A DNA stretch of 64,000 nt from contig CAISER010000006.1 in NCBI GenBank assembly GCA_903884375.1, positions 1,080 through 65,079 of the forward strand, read 5' to 3'. The position numbers and the translations under genes were made by a program. Of the stretch, positions 11,022 to 19,189 are shown one piece after another. The notes under the pieces were generated by a model. That model was not told the origin of the DNA and searched no databases. It worked only from the letters and a program-made list of their open reading frames with translations. Origin of the DNA: Candidatus Collierbacteria bacterium (GTDB lineage Bacteria; Patescibacteriota; Microgenomatia; UBA1400; MFAQ01). Position 1 is the first letter of the stretch; every line of letters starts with the position of its first letter.

Positions 11022-11495
11022 TTATTTAACCAATTTGATGGCGTAAGTAATCACACCTGAAGGAGCCTCAACCTCGACAGTTTCTCCGACCTTTTTACCC
11101 ATAAGAGCTTTCCCGAGAGGAGATTCGTGACTAATTTTTTTGGCTGCCGGATCTGCTTCCCATTCTCCAACGATAGTAAATTCGTGTTTTGTGCCATTGA
11201 CTTCGATATGAACAACACTACCTAAACCGACCATTTCTTGCCCGGCTTTCTGAACGTCTACAACTACTACCCTGGCAAGGATATCTTTTAATTCTTCAAT
11301 ACGACCTTCGAGAGCAGAAAGATCATCCTTAGCGGAATGATATTCGGCATTTTCAGATAAATCTCCGTCCTCACGAGCTTTGGCAAGGCGGTCTATAGCC
11401 TCAGGTCGTTTGTTTTTTTCGAGCTGATCGAGTTCATCCACAAGTTGACGATAGCCAAGAGGTGTCATCTGAACTCTTTGATTTTGTTGGTTCAT
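11022..11495 (-). CDS. greA: Transcription elongation factor GreA
   Basis: GDLSENAEYHSAK and ISHESPLGKALMG. Confidence 0.97.
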   Translation of the reverse strand: MNQQNQRVQMTPLGYRQLVDELDQLEKNKRPEAIDRLAKAREDGDLSENAEYHSAKDDLSALEGRIEELKDILARVVVVDVQKAGQEMVGLGSVVHIEVNGTKHEFTIVGEWEADPAAKKISHESPLGKALMGKKVGETVEVEAPSGVITYAIKLVK

Positions 11496-11668
11496 ATTTT
11501 TTTGTTAAGAACAAAATATATTGTTTATATATTTCAGTTACAAAGTATAAATATAAGGCCTGTTTCCAATATGTCAAGCCAGGAAATATACCCTTGGCCA
11601 CAAAGGTAGGTACTGCGGAAATTATTAATAGGAAATCTGCAGACTAATACTTTCGGTTAACAGGGTGT

Positions 11669-11697
11669 ATTTTACACTTTTGAAGCTGTCAAGTCAA
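11669..11697 (-). promoter_or_regulatory. Sigma70-type promoter upstream of greA (TTGACT-17-TAAAAT)
   Basis: Near-consensus hexamers with 17-bp spacing, ~170 nt upstream of greA, back to back with the tRNA-Glu extended -10 (TGGTACAAT 11713-11721). Confidence 0.6.
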
Positions 11698-11737
11698 ATT
11701 AGGAGCGTAATTTGGTACAATATACAGGTTCAGACAA

Positions 11738-11811
11738 GGTCCCGTCGTCTAGTGGTCTAGGACATTTGGTTCTCATCCAAAAGATCGCGGGTTCGACTCC
11801 CGCCGGGATCA
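11738..11811 (+). tRNA. tRNA-Glu (anticodon CTC); CCA not encoded
   Basis: Cloverleaf: acceptor GGTCCCG/CGGGATC, anticodon arm TTTGG-TTCTCAT-CCAAA, T arm GCGGG-TTCGACT-CCCGC; followed by CAA. Confidence 0.96.
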
Positions 11812-11817
11812 CAAATG

Positions 11818-11846
11818 AAAGGAGTTGGCTTGTCCAACTCTTTTTA
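11818..11846 (+). terminator. Intrinsic terminator after tRNA-Glu
   Basis: AAAGGAGTTGG-CTTGT-CCAACTC followed by T6. Confidence 0.8.
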
Positions 11847-11941
11847 TTTGTCAAACGCAGGGAGGCGAAAGACGGAGACAAGCTCGTAACGATCTTGTCG
11901 AGCCCGGTTCGAAGAAATTTTCAGCAGAAAATTATCTGAGA

Positions 11942-11959
11942 GACTCCCGCCGGGATCAC
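11942..11959 (+). repeat. 18-bp direct repeat of the tRNA-Glu 3' end (att-like)
   Basis: GACTCCCGCCGGGATCAC is identical to 11795-11812. Confidence 0.92.
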
Positions 11960-12014
11960 CTTAAAGAAGTTTCGCCCAGATTTCTGGGATATTGGCTTAA
12001 TGTACCCAATTATT

Positions 12015-12038
12015 AAAATGACCCTCTTTCGAGGGTCA
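12015..12038 (-). terminator. Intrinsic terminator
   Basis: TGACCCTC-GAAA-GAGGGTCA-TTTT on the minus strand just after the 12044 stop. Confidence 0.8.
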
Positions 12039-12043
12039 AGAAT

Positions 12044-12235
12044 CTAATTACCGTCGTCGACTTTGCCAGTCCCGTAGCACCAGCCACAAGTTCCTTCTTT
12101 ACCCTTGCCTTTACATCTTGGGCAGGTAATCCAATTGCCAGTATTAATATCCATTACCTGGCCTCGGCCATTACACCATCCGCAGTCGCCATTATGTCCC
12201 GATCCGTTACACTTAGGGCATTCAATAATCGGCAT
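12044..12235 (-). CDS. Stand-alone DnaJ-type CxxCxGxG zinc-finger protein (63 aa)
   Basis: Four CxxCxGxG repeats; AAGGAGGT Shine-Dalgarno upstream; terminator downstream. Confidence 0.8.
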   Translation of the reverse strand: MPIIECPKCNGSGHNGDCGWCNGRGQVMDINTGNWITCPRCKGKGKEGTCGWCYGTGKVDDGN

Positions 12236-12267
12236 CTCAAACCTCCTTAAATTAGAATGGATTGATT

Positions 12268-12915
12268 CTACAACACATTACTCCAATAATCTATTAGAAA
12301 TTCTGTAAAATTGTGCATTTCATCCTGGAACTCTTTCAATTTTGAATTTCTCTCTGAATGGGAAAGAGTTGACTGATAGACTGAACCATGGCTTTGTAGT
12401 CTTAGAGATGCCCCAGAATAGTTAACGTATATTTGGTTTTCGTAAGAAACTGATTGGTTGATACCATAGAATTTTGAGAGAAGAGTTATTATATCTCTGG
12501 CAATATCTAATGTTGGCTTTTGATACTTTACCTCAGCCTCAAGTCTTTTTTGGGATAATTCATCTGTCTTTGAATCATGTGGATCGGATTGCATAAGTTT
12601 ACTGGTCAAGTTTTTTAGGTGTTCTTTAGCTTCCAAATACTTTTCATCTTCTACAGGCTTAATATCTACCCACGGGAAAGAGTTTCCCCACGATTCGTGA
12701 CCTTCGCAAGATTGAGACGTGTTTAACCCTATCAAGTTAAGAATGACAACTGTTTCGAGGATTCCAGTATCTATTGGCTGACCTAAAGTATCAGTACTCT
12801 TTGAAAACTGTTCTCGTGCTTTATCGAATTGATTTTTTTTATCGTTTGACATATCAGGGTATATATTCATTACTTTTGAGTCTAATATAACTTTATCATT
12901 TATCCTGCTCATCAT
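12268..12915 (-). CDS. Hypothetical protein with LNxxGLNTSQSCEGH motif
   Basis: 215-aa ORF; motif resembles the TYW3-like T-x-x-S-C-x-G-[RH] signature. Confidence 0.7.
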   Translation of the reverse strand: MMSRINDKVILDSKVMNIYPDMSNDKKNQFDKAREQFSKSTDTLGQPIDTGILETVVILNLIGLNTSQSCEGHESWGNSFPWVDIKPVEDEKYLEAKEHLKNLTSKLMQSDPHDSKTDELSQKRLEAEVKYQKPTLDIARDIITLLSKFYGINQSVSYENQIYVNYSGASLRLQSHGSVYQSTLSHSERNSKLKEFQDEMHNFTEFLIDYWSNVL

Positions 12916-12966
12916 ATCATCATTTTTATAGTAATTGTGCCTGGGTCCGAACTTCGTTATAACACC

Positions 12967-14046
12967 TCACAGAATAATATTACTGATCTTATGTGAAGGG
13001 TTTGATCTGAGCCAATCGAGTGTTTGTTTGATGCAAGAATCAACTTCAAGTGGTTTGTCTTTTTTGGCAAAAGTACCGCCTGATGCCCTATCATGTCCCC
13101 CTCCAATTCCCATTTTTTCCATTAATATCCGAACATTGACACTACCAGGTAACGAACGACAAGAAATATTGACATCACCATTTTGATTTGGAGTAAAAAC
13201 AAAACCCCATGAATAATTTTCGATTTTACGAATATATTGAGCAGAGTAAAGGTAACTTGCTTCAACTATTTCTGATGTCTGTAACTTGTTTGCTTTGATA
13301 AAACTTCTTTTTATATATGAGTACTGGAAATCAGGCCAACCGGGGGTTGAAACATATTCGTTGTTTTTGATGAGTTCTTTGACAGTCTCGAACACCTTTT
13401 TTGAAATTGATTGATATTTGGAAAGAAACCCTTGAATCTCTTCTTGGCTAATATCAATTAGTTTTTTGACGATTAACAAAATATCCGACTGACTTGGTTT
13501 TAGATAAGTGAAATTTCCCGTATCTCCGAGTATCCCTAATAAAAATATATCCGCTAGAGATTTATCTATTAAATAATCGGTAAAAAAACTGCGATAAACA
13601 ATCTCAACACAGGATGAACACTGATGAACCATTAAACTTAGAGAAAAAGTGTCGGATTGTGAGGCGTGGTGATCAATGCAAATTGTCTTTTTAATCTTTC
13701 CTAGGATTTCCGGTTTGTGAGAAAAACGAGAAAATTTATTACCATCAAGCATGATTAATAATTCAGCGTTATCTACGAAATCAGCAATATCCGAAACAAA
13801 CTCAACATGATTAAAATGTTTAAAATCTTTGTATCTTGAATCTGGTTCTCCCGAAAAAAGAATTCGAGTGTTTTTTCCTTGATATTTTTGACTTATTATT
13901 TCATAAACTGAAAGTGCTGAGGCTAATGAATCGTCATCAAAAAATTCATGACCGGTGATAATAATATTTGATGATTTTTCAACAATTTCAAAAAAAACAT
14001 CTGTAAATTTCGGAGAAATATTTTTGAATTCCACAACCAGTATCAT
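12967..14046 (-). CDS. DHH/DHHA1 phosphoesterase (NrnA-like nanoRNase/pAp phosphatase); start may be GTG at 14034
   Basis: GHEFFDDDS, CIDHH, GILGDTGNF, SCRS, GGGHDRASG. Confidence 0.9.
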   Translation of the reverse strand: MILVVEFKNISPKFTDVFFEIVEKSSNIIITGHEFFDDDSLASALSVYEIISQKYQGKNTRILFSGEPDSRYKDFKHFNHVEFVSDIADFVDNAELLIMLDGNKFSRFSHKPEILGKIKKTICIDHHASQSDTFSLSLMVHQCSSCVEIVYRSFFTDYLIDKSLADIFLLGILGDTGNFTYLKPSQSDILLIVKKLIDISQEEIQGFLSKYQSISKKVFETVKELIKNNEYVSTPGWPDFQYSYIKRSFIKANKLQTSEIVEASYLYSAQYIRKIENYSWGFVFTPNQNGDVNISCRSLPGSVNVRILMEKMGIGGGHDRASGGTFAKKDKPLEVDSCIKQTLDWLRSNPSHKISNIIL

Positions 14047-14052
14047 AACATT

Positions 14053-14079
14053 AAAAAACCCGCTGAATGGCGGGTTTTT
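14053..14079. terminator. Bidirectional-type intrinsic terminator
   Basis: AAAAACCCGC-TGAATG-GCGGGTTTTT. Confidence 0.8.
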
Positions 14080-14082
14080 ACT

Positions 14083-14829
14083 TTATGGAAGAATTAATAC
14101 TTTTGTTCCTATTGGCGCCCAGTCGTAAAGCCATTTAGCTTCTTCAGTTTTCATATTGATGCAACCATGACTCATGGGTTGGCCGAAATTACTATGCCAG
14201 TAGGTACCATGGAAGCTATATCCTTGATAAAAATACATTGTCCAGGGAACATTTGGTAAATCATAACCTGGACCGATCATGCGAGTTGAATCATATTTTG
14301 TTTGGATAACATAGTTTCCCAGAACAGTTGGCGTATTAGGGAGGCCAGTTGAAACAATAAATTCTTTTTGCAGCAGACCTTCTTCGAAAGCATATGCCGT
14401 TTGCTGTGAAAGAATAACAACGATTTGTTTCCCTTCTTTTATGATTCTGGATGGGGTCTCATTTTCCAGGGGAATTTGTAGATATTGCCCAGGAAAAATC
14501 AGATTGGGATCGTCAAAGAAATTGTTGAGAATGATACTGGCTATCGGAATTTGATATGTGGATGCAATTTTGGATAGAGTATCTCCTTCTTTGACTAGAT
14601 AATCTCTAGGTAGCGGAGTTGGTGTGGGGGTTTTAGTTGGCGTGGAAATAAACGTTGACGTTGGCGGCGGAGATGGGGTGAGAGTTGGTTGGGATGTTTT
14701 TAAATACGCTACCGATGCTGGTGTTATATTTTCTTTTGCGGACAAATTAAAATTAATACCACATGAAGATAAACAAAATATAATTGATACAACACAACTT
14801 ATTAAATGCAATTGTATTTTGTTGAACAA
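14083..14829 (-). CDS. LysM-domain L,D-transpeptidase (YkuD family), probable lipoprotein
   Basis: LysM YLVKEGDTLSKIA; HGTYW...SHGCINM catalytic motif; Pro/Thr linker; AAGGAGG before the TTG start. Confidence 0.92.
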   Translation of the reverse strand: MFNKIQLHLISCVVSIIFCLSSCGINFNLSAKENITPASVAYLKTSQPTLTPSPPPTSTFISTPTKTPTPTPLPRDYLVKEGDTLSKIASTYQIPIASIILNNFFDDPNLIFPGQYLQIPLENETPSRIIKEGKQIVVILSQQTAYAFEEGLLQKEFIVSTGLPNTPTVLGNYVIQTKYDSTRMIGPGYDLPNVPWTMYFYQGYSFHGTYWHSNFGQPMSHGCINMKTEEAKWLYDWAPIGTKVLILP

Positions 14830-15005
14830 AGTACCTCCTTTTTTAAAGAACTACTTGATTGATTGGCATTCTATCTCAATGTTTCTAAATAAACAACAAA
14901 TTTGCATTAACAATAATAATTAGATATACTGAAATTCCAGGTGAAGAAAAATAATGACCTGGTTTTTAATTTGAGAAATTGTTATAAAGAGTGTATTTTG
15001 TCCTT

Positions 15006-16094
15006 ATGAAAGAGGGCATTTTTTTTGGAATAGCAGAAGAGATAGAAAAACAAGATAAAGAAATTTCCATTGAAAGATCTCATATGGGAGTGAGAAATTC
15101 GGAAGTATACCAACCATGGATGGGTGCATGTTCATTGCTTTCGGTAATGGAGGTAAATCTTGAAGGTGAAAACAACAAAAATATATCTGTTATATCGTCT
15201 CCTGAAGCAGAAGCGGTAAGTGGAGCAGGGTGTTTTATTCCAGATTTTAAGGAAAATTCATTGAAGTTTGTGTTACCAAGATTTCATTTGGGAGTACCAG
15301 CGCAGATGGATATGGAAATGGCAGTCTATCAACTTTCACATACAAGAATCATAAGAAACGCCATTAAAGAAGCGGCTGCAAACGATAGCGGAATTGTATA
15401 TTTTGCGCGAGAAGGACATCTAACCCAGATGCAAAAAGCGATTTATTTGACAACAAGGGAAAATTTACCAACCACGATGGTTAGTATTAGCCACAAAGTT
15501 GCAGACAATGTCTATACCAGAGAGGCATTTTTTGCGTCTGAGCCAAATTTAGAAGGCTTCTCTAAAAAATTGCACACACTTTTTTTGTGCGATCCTGTCG
15601 CATCTGGAATGCAACATACGGCAATGATTGAAAAACTTGAAGAAATGGGGAGATTGCCTGAGAAAATCGTTGTCATCGCCCCAATGGCAACAAAATTTGG
15701 TTTACGTGTGATTGAAAAAACATGTAAAGAAAAAGGAGTAGAGTTTGAAGCCGGAGTAGCGGGGGTATTACTGGATACCCAACCGCCACTACGATATTAC
15801 TCACCATATCCCAAAAAAGAAATTCAAGCAGCTGATCCGGAGTTGTTTTCGATTGTCCGAGGGCTTTTTGGAGATAAATTATCACAAGCTTGTATCCGTT
15901 GTAACTGGACAGGAACTTTTTGGGGTGGAGATAATTTCCCAATGGAAGCTTCAAGTGATGAATTAGAAAGTTTAGGGCTTTCTAATGAGGAACTCTTAGA
16001 TATTTGTTCAAACTTAACCGAACAGAAGGCGATTGATATGGGGATGGTGGATAAATTAATACCTTTCTCCACAAAATTGCTTCTAAAGAGATGA
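15006..16094 (+). CDS. Divergent type I phosphoribosyltransferase-like protein (UPRT-like)
   Basis: LFLCDPVASG resembles the PRPP-binding loop; YFAREG resembles UPRT ILRAG; start chosen 6 nt after TATTTT. Confidence 0.55.
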   Translation: MKEGIFFGIAEEIEKQDKEISIERSHMGVRNSEVYQPWMGACSLLSVMEVNLEGENNKNISVISSPEAEAVSGAGCFIPDFKENSLKFVLPRFHLGVPAQMDMEMAVYQLSHTRIIRNAIKEAAANDSGIVYFAREGHLTQMQKAIYLTTRENLPTTMVSISHKVADNVYTREAFFASEPNLEGFSKKLHTLFLCDPVASGMQHTAMIEKLEEMGRLPEKIVVIAPMATKFGLRVIEKTCKEKGVEFEAGVAGVLLDTQPPLRYYSPYPKKEIQAADPELFSIVRGLFGDKLSQACIRCNWTGTFWGGDNFPMEASSDELESLGLSNEELLDICSNLTEQKAIDMGMVDKLIPFSTKLLLKR

Positions 16095-16117
16095 TTTTGA
16101 TAGGTTAAAATAGTGAT

Positions 16118-16864
16118 GTGAATAAAAGTATAAATTTTATTACGCTTGAAGGAAGAAATATGGTGCATGATGCGCTTTTGTCTGAGCAGAAAATTGCTTC
16201 TTTGATTCTTTCGACAGCGACAATTAGCGAACCGAGGATAAGAGAAATAGAAAACTTAGCTAGAAAAAATGGTGTCCCAATCCAAAAGGTTAGCCCTGAT
16301 GAATTGGAAAAGATGTGTGATAGTAGAAACCCTCAAGGAGTGGCAGCACTAATGAACCTCCCCGAAGTACCGACACTGGAGCAATTATTGAAAAATAAAA
16401 GAGATGCATTTTTGTTGTTGGTTAATCATATTGACTATGAGCAAAATTTGGGGGCAATCTTGCGAACTGCTTGGGCTGCGGGGGTGGATGCAGTTGTTGC
16501 ATCTCCAAATGGTGTTTGTGAAATAACGCCAGTGGTCGCTAAGGTATCAATGGGGGGTGCTGCATATGTACCACTTTTAAAAATGAGTATGTTTCAAGCA
16601 GTAAAATTACTTCATGAATATGCTGTTCCTGTGGTAGGTGTGGAAGTGGAAATGGGAAAATCATTTAATAATACAAAACTAACTGGTCCAATTGCATTTG
16701 TAATGGGAGGAGAGTCTGTTGGGTTGTCTGAACCTTTACAAAAAGAGTGTGACTTGTTCGTTAATATTCCTATGAATAAAACGGTGGCATCTTTGAATGT
16801 GAGCGTAGCAACAGCCTTGGTGTTGTTTGAAAAATTACGACAAGAAAACGGAGGTGAAATCTGA
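16118..16864 (+). CDS. SpoU/TrmH-family RNA 2'-O-methyltransferase (RlmB-like)
   Basis: GRNMVHDAL, PQGVAA, QNLGAILRTA, VMGGESVGL, SLNVSVA. Confidence 0.92.
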   Translation: MNKSINFITLEGRNMVHDALLSEQKIASLILSTATISEPRIREIENLARKNGVPIQKVSPDELEKMCDSRNPQGVAALMNLPEVPTLEQLLKNKRDAFLLLVNHIDYEQNLGAILRTAWAAGVDAVVASPNGVCEITPVVAKVSMGGAAYVPLLKMSMFQAVKLLHEYAVPVVGVEVEMGKSFNNTKLTGPIAFVMGGESVGLSEPLQKECDLFVNIPMNKTVASLNVSVATALVLFEKLRQENGGEI

Positions 16865-17166
16865 TGGCGACAAAGTATTTGGAAATTTTTAATGAAATGG
16901 TATCTAAATATGAAAAAGAATTTGATACATTTCAAGAACTACACGATAAATATGAGAAGGAGCCACAAAAATGGCAAGAAGAATTTAATCGTGAAGGAGC
17001 CAAAATAATGGAAATAGTATATGAATATGAAAATAGGCTTTGTGGACATATGGAAAATACCAATAATGCTACCTATTCAGCAAAATTAGCAGAAAAATTT
17101 CGAAATGAGATTAAAAAATATCTTCCTAAGCTAGATATGATTGGAGTAATTATTTGTAAAGGATAA
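16864..17166 (+). CDS. Hypothetical protein
   Basis: 100-aa helical ORF coupled to the upstream gene (TGATG) with GGAGGTG SD. Confidence 0.7.
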   Translation: MATKYLEIFNEMVSKYEKEFDTFQELHDKYEKEPQKWQEEFNREGAKIMEIVYEYENRLCGHMENTNNATYSAKLAEKFRNEIKKYLPKLDMIGVIICKG

Positions 17167-17168
17167 TC

Positions 17169-17540
17169 TTATTGGATACCACAATCGGATTTTATTTTTT
17201 CAATCAATATTGAACAAAACTGGTCACTGGCAGCTTTTTTGATTTGAATGATTTGATCGTTTGCTAAATCAGCGGCTTTTTTTGTGACTTCGTCGGTTAT
17301 TTGTTTTAGAGGAGAGTCAACCGTGTAATCAGTGTAAGTACCCATTACTTGAGGAGTGGGTAGTTTAATTTTATCCGGGAGAATATTATTGGCTGTTTGT
17401 ACAGCCGGAACGACAACAGAATTTTGAAAGGTTGGATTTTTAATATAATAGTCAACTGGTTTGGATATTTGAGGAAACATTTTATACAAACCAAATAATG
17501 CGAACATAATTAATAGTATTCGAACAAATATATTATTCAT
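17169..17540 (-). CDS. Hypothetical membrane-anchored protein
   Basis: N-terminal TM; start at MNNIF overlaps the upstream stop. Confidence 0.7.
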   Translation of the reverse strand: MNNIFVRILLIMFALFGLYKMFPQISKPVDYYIKNPTFQNSVVVPAVQTANNILPDKIKLPTPQVMGTYTDYTVDSPLKQITDEVTKKAADLANDQIIQIKKAASDQFCSILIEKIKSDCGIQ

Positions 17541-18381
17541 ATTCTTTACAAATTTTAGCAATTGTATTTAATATTAACGATGATTCGTCTCCATTAAGAA
17601 CATCATTTACATCTTGATTTAAAATAGCATTTTTTAGTCTTGAACAGGTGACTATTCCCCTGTTCAAGAGAATACTAATTTTTTCCCTCGAAATGTTTTG
17701 TAATTGTGTGATTGGGTGAAGTTTTGAAGCAACTATTAAATCTTGGAGACCTTGGCCTTCCGGTTCAGTCCAAGTGGTGACTTTGAGATTAACACAGTGG
17801 CAATAAGTAATAACTTCGGAGGTAACTTTGGTGTTGGTAATTAACCATGGAAAATTATTATTATTACCATTTTGTCTCTGGACTGTATCGACATCTAGAA
17901 ATCTAGCATAACTATAAAGAGCAACTTGAATATCTGTTTTATATCCAGGAGTATTGTGATATTTGCATTCGATAAAATATTTATCCGCTCCTTTTTGAGC
18001 GATTACATCAATTTCGTGTGTGACACATTTTCCTTGTGTAATCACGCCAACTTTTGTTTTGAAGTTTCCAGACTTTAGAATGTCGGAAACAAGAATTTCA
18101 AAGGCAAAGCCTGACGGCCCCATATCCATAACCGCTCTCTTTAAACTATAGTTATAATAATTTTCTGCGGGAGCATTTTTTTGAAGATAAGTGGAAACGT
18201 GATCGTAGATTGAGCTGGTAGTCATGCCCGAACGAAGATGACTTTTGAGATAATCGACTGTTTGGGTGGTTATGGCTTTTGACAACCCAGATCCAGCAAG
18301 AGATTTGTTAATTTTTTCTTCACTAAAGGGTTCTTCGATACCCGAAGCTTTGACTATTGCTATGGGGTTTAGATTTTGCAT
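17533..18381 (-). CDS. ATP-cone domain fused to Mrr-like PD-(D/E)XK endonuclease
   Basis: IVKASGIEEPFSEEKI ATP cone; GFAFE, HEIDVIA, FIECKYH nuclease motifs; start reassigned to MQNLN. Confidence 0.8.
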   Translation of the reverse strand: MQNLNPIAIVKASGIEEPFSEEKINKSLAGSGLSKAITTQTVDYLKSHLRSGMTTSSIYDHVSTYLQKNAPAENYYNYSLKRAVMDMGPSGFAFEILVSDILKSGNFKTKVGVITQGKCVTHEIDVIAQKGADKYFIECKYHNTPGYKTDIQVALYSYARFLDVDTVQRQNGNNNNFPWLITNTKVTSEVITYCHCVNLKVTTWTEPEGQGLQDLIVASKLHPITQLQNISREKISILLNRGIVTCSRLKNAILNQDVNDVLNGDESSLILNTIAKICKEYE

Positions 18382-18427
18382 CTCACTTAATAATAGCATT
18401 AGCCATAAATGTTGGTACAATTAGGAT

Positions 18428-19180
18428 GTGGTTACTTTAGTACAAATTGTTTTTTATTGCCTTATCGGTGGGATGGCTTCCTTGGTTGGAGCAGTCTTAA
18501 TAATTAATTTAAAAAATAGAGCAGGAATTCTATCCGACAAACTTACAAGTTTTGCTGCCGGAGTACTGATAACAATTGCTGTTTTAGATTTAATTCCGGA
18601 AGCCTTTAGTTCAATGACAGACTTTAAAATTGGATCTTGGGCGGTACTATTGGGAATATTGCTTGTTTTTTTAATGGAAAAATCAGGTTTGTGGTTTCAT
18701 CATCATGATGGCACACATGGACATAGGCCTCCAATAAGTGGAATTTTTTGGGGTGATGCATTACATAATTTTATCGATGGTTTTGCTATTGGAGGAGCTT
18801 TTCTTCTTAGTAGAGAGGCTGGAATTTTGACTGCTGTGGCTGTTGGATTGCACGAACTACCAAAGGAAATGGCCGATTTTATGATTTATTTACGATCCGG
18901 GTATTCAAACGTAAAAACAATTTTTTTAAATCTTGCTTCAAGTTTGGTAGCTGTTGTAGGAGGTGTTTCTGTTTATCTTAGTAGGGGGTGGATTACAAAT
19001 TATGAAGGCTATTTATTGGCAACGACGGCAGGAATGTTTTTGTTTATCGCATTAGCAGATTTAATTCCGGAAATGCATGAAAGTATGGAGGAAGCAGACA
19101 GAAAAAATAAAATTATTTGGTTGCTGGTGTTCGTGGCTGGTTTGAGCGTGGGGATAGTTAGTAGCATCGGTTTAGGATAA
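18428..19180 (+). CDS. ZIP family metal transporter
   Basis: SFAAG, His-rich loop HHHDGTHGH, DALHNFIDG, HELPKE, DLIPE. Confidence 0.93.
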   Translation: MVTLVQIVFYCLIGGMASLVGAVLIINLKNRAGILSDKLTSFAAGVLITIAVLDLIPEAFSSMTDFKIGSWAVLLGILLVFLMEKSGLWFHHHDGTHGHRPPISGIFWGDALHNFIDGFAIGGAFLLSREAGILTAVAVGLHELPKEMADFMIYLRSGYSNVKTIFLNLASSLVAVVGGVSVYLSRGWITNYEGYLLATTAGMFLFIALADLIPEMHESMEEADRKNKIIWLLVFVAGLSVGIVSSIGLG

Positions 19181-19189
19181 AATTGAAAT

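Noticed and set aside
11699-12016. ORFs 11699-11881, 11712-11939 and 11825-12016
   Set aside because: They overlap tRNA-Glu, its terminator and the mini-element
14600-14690. Repetitive GT-rich sequence
   Set aside because: Encodes the Pro/Thr linker of the L,D-transpeptidase
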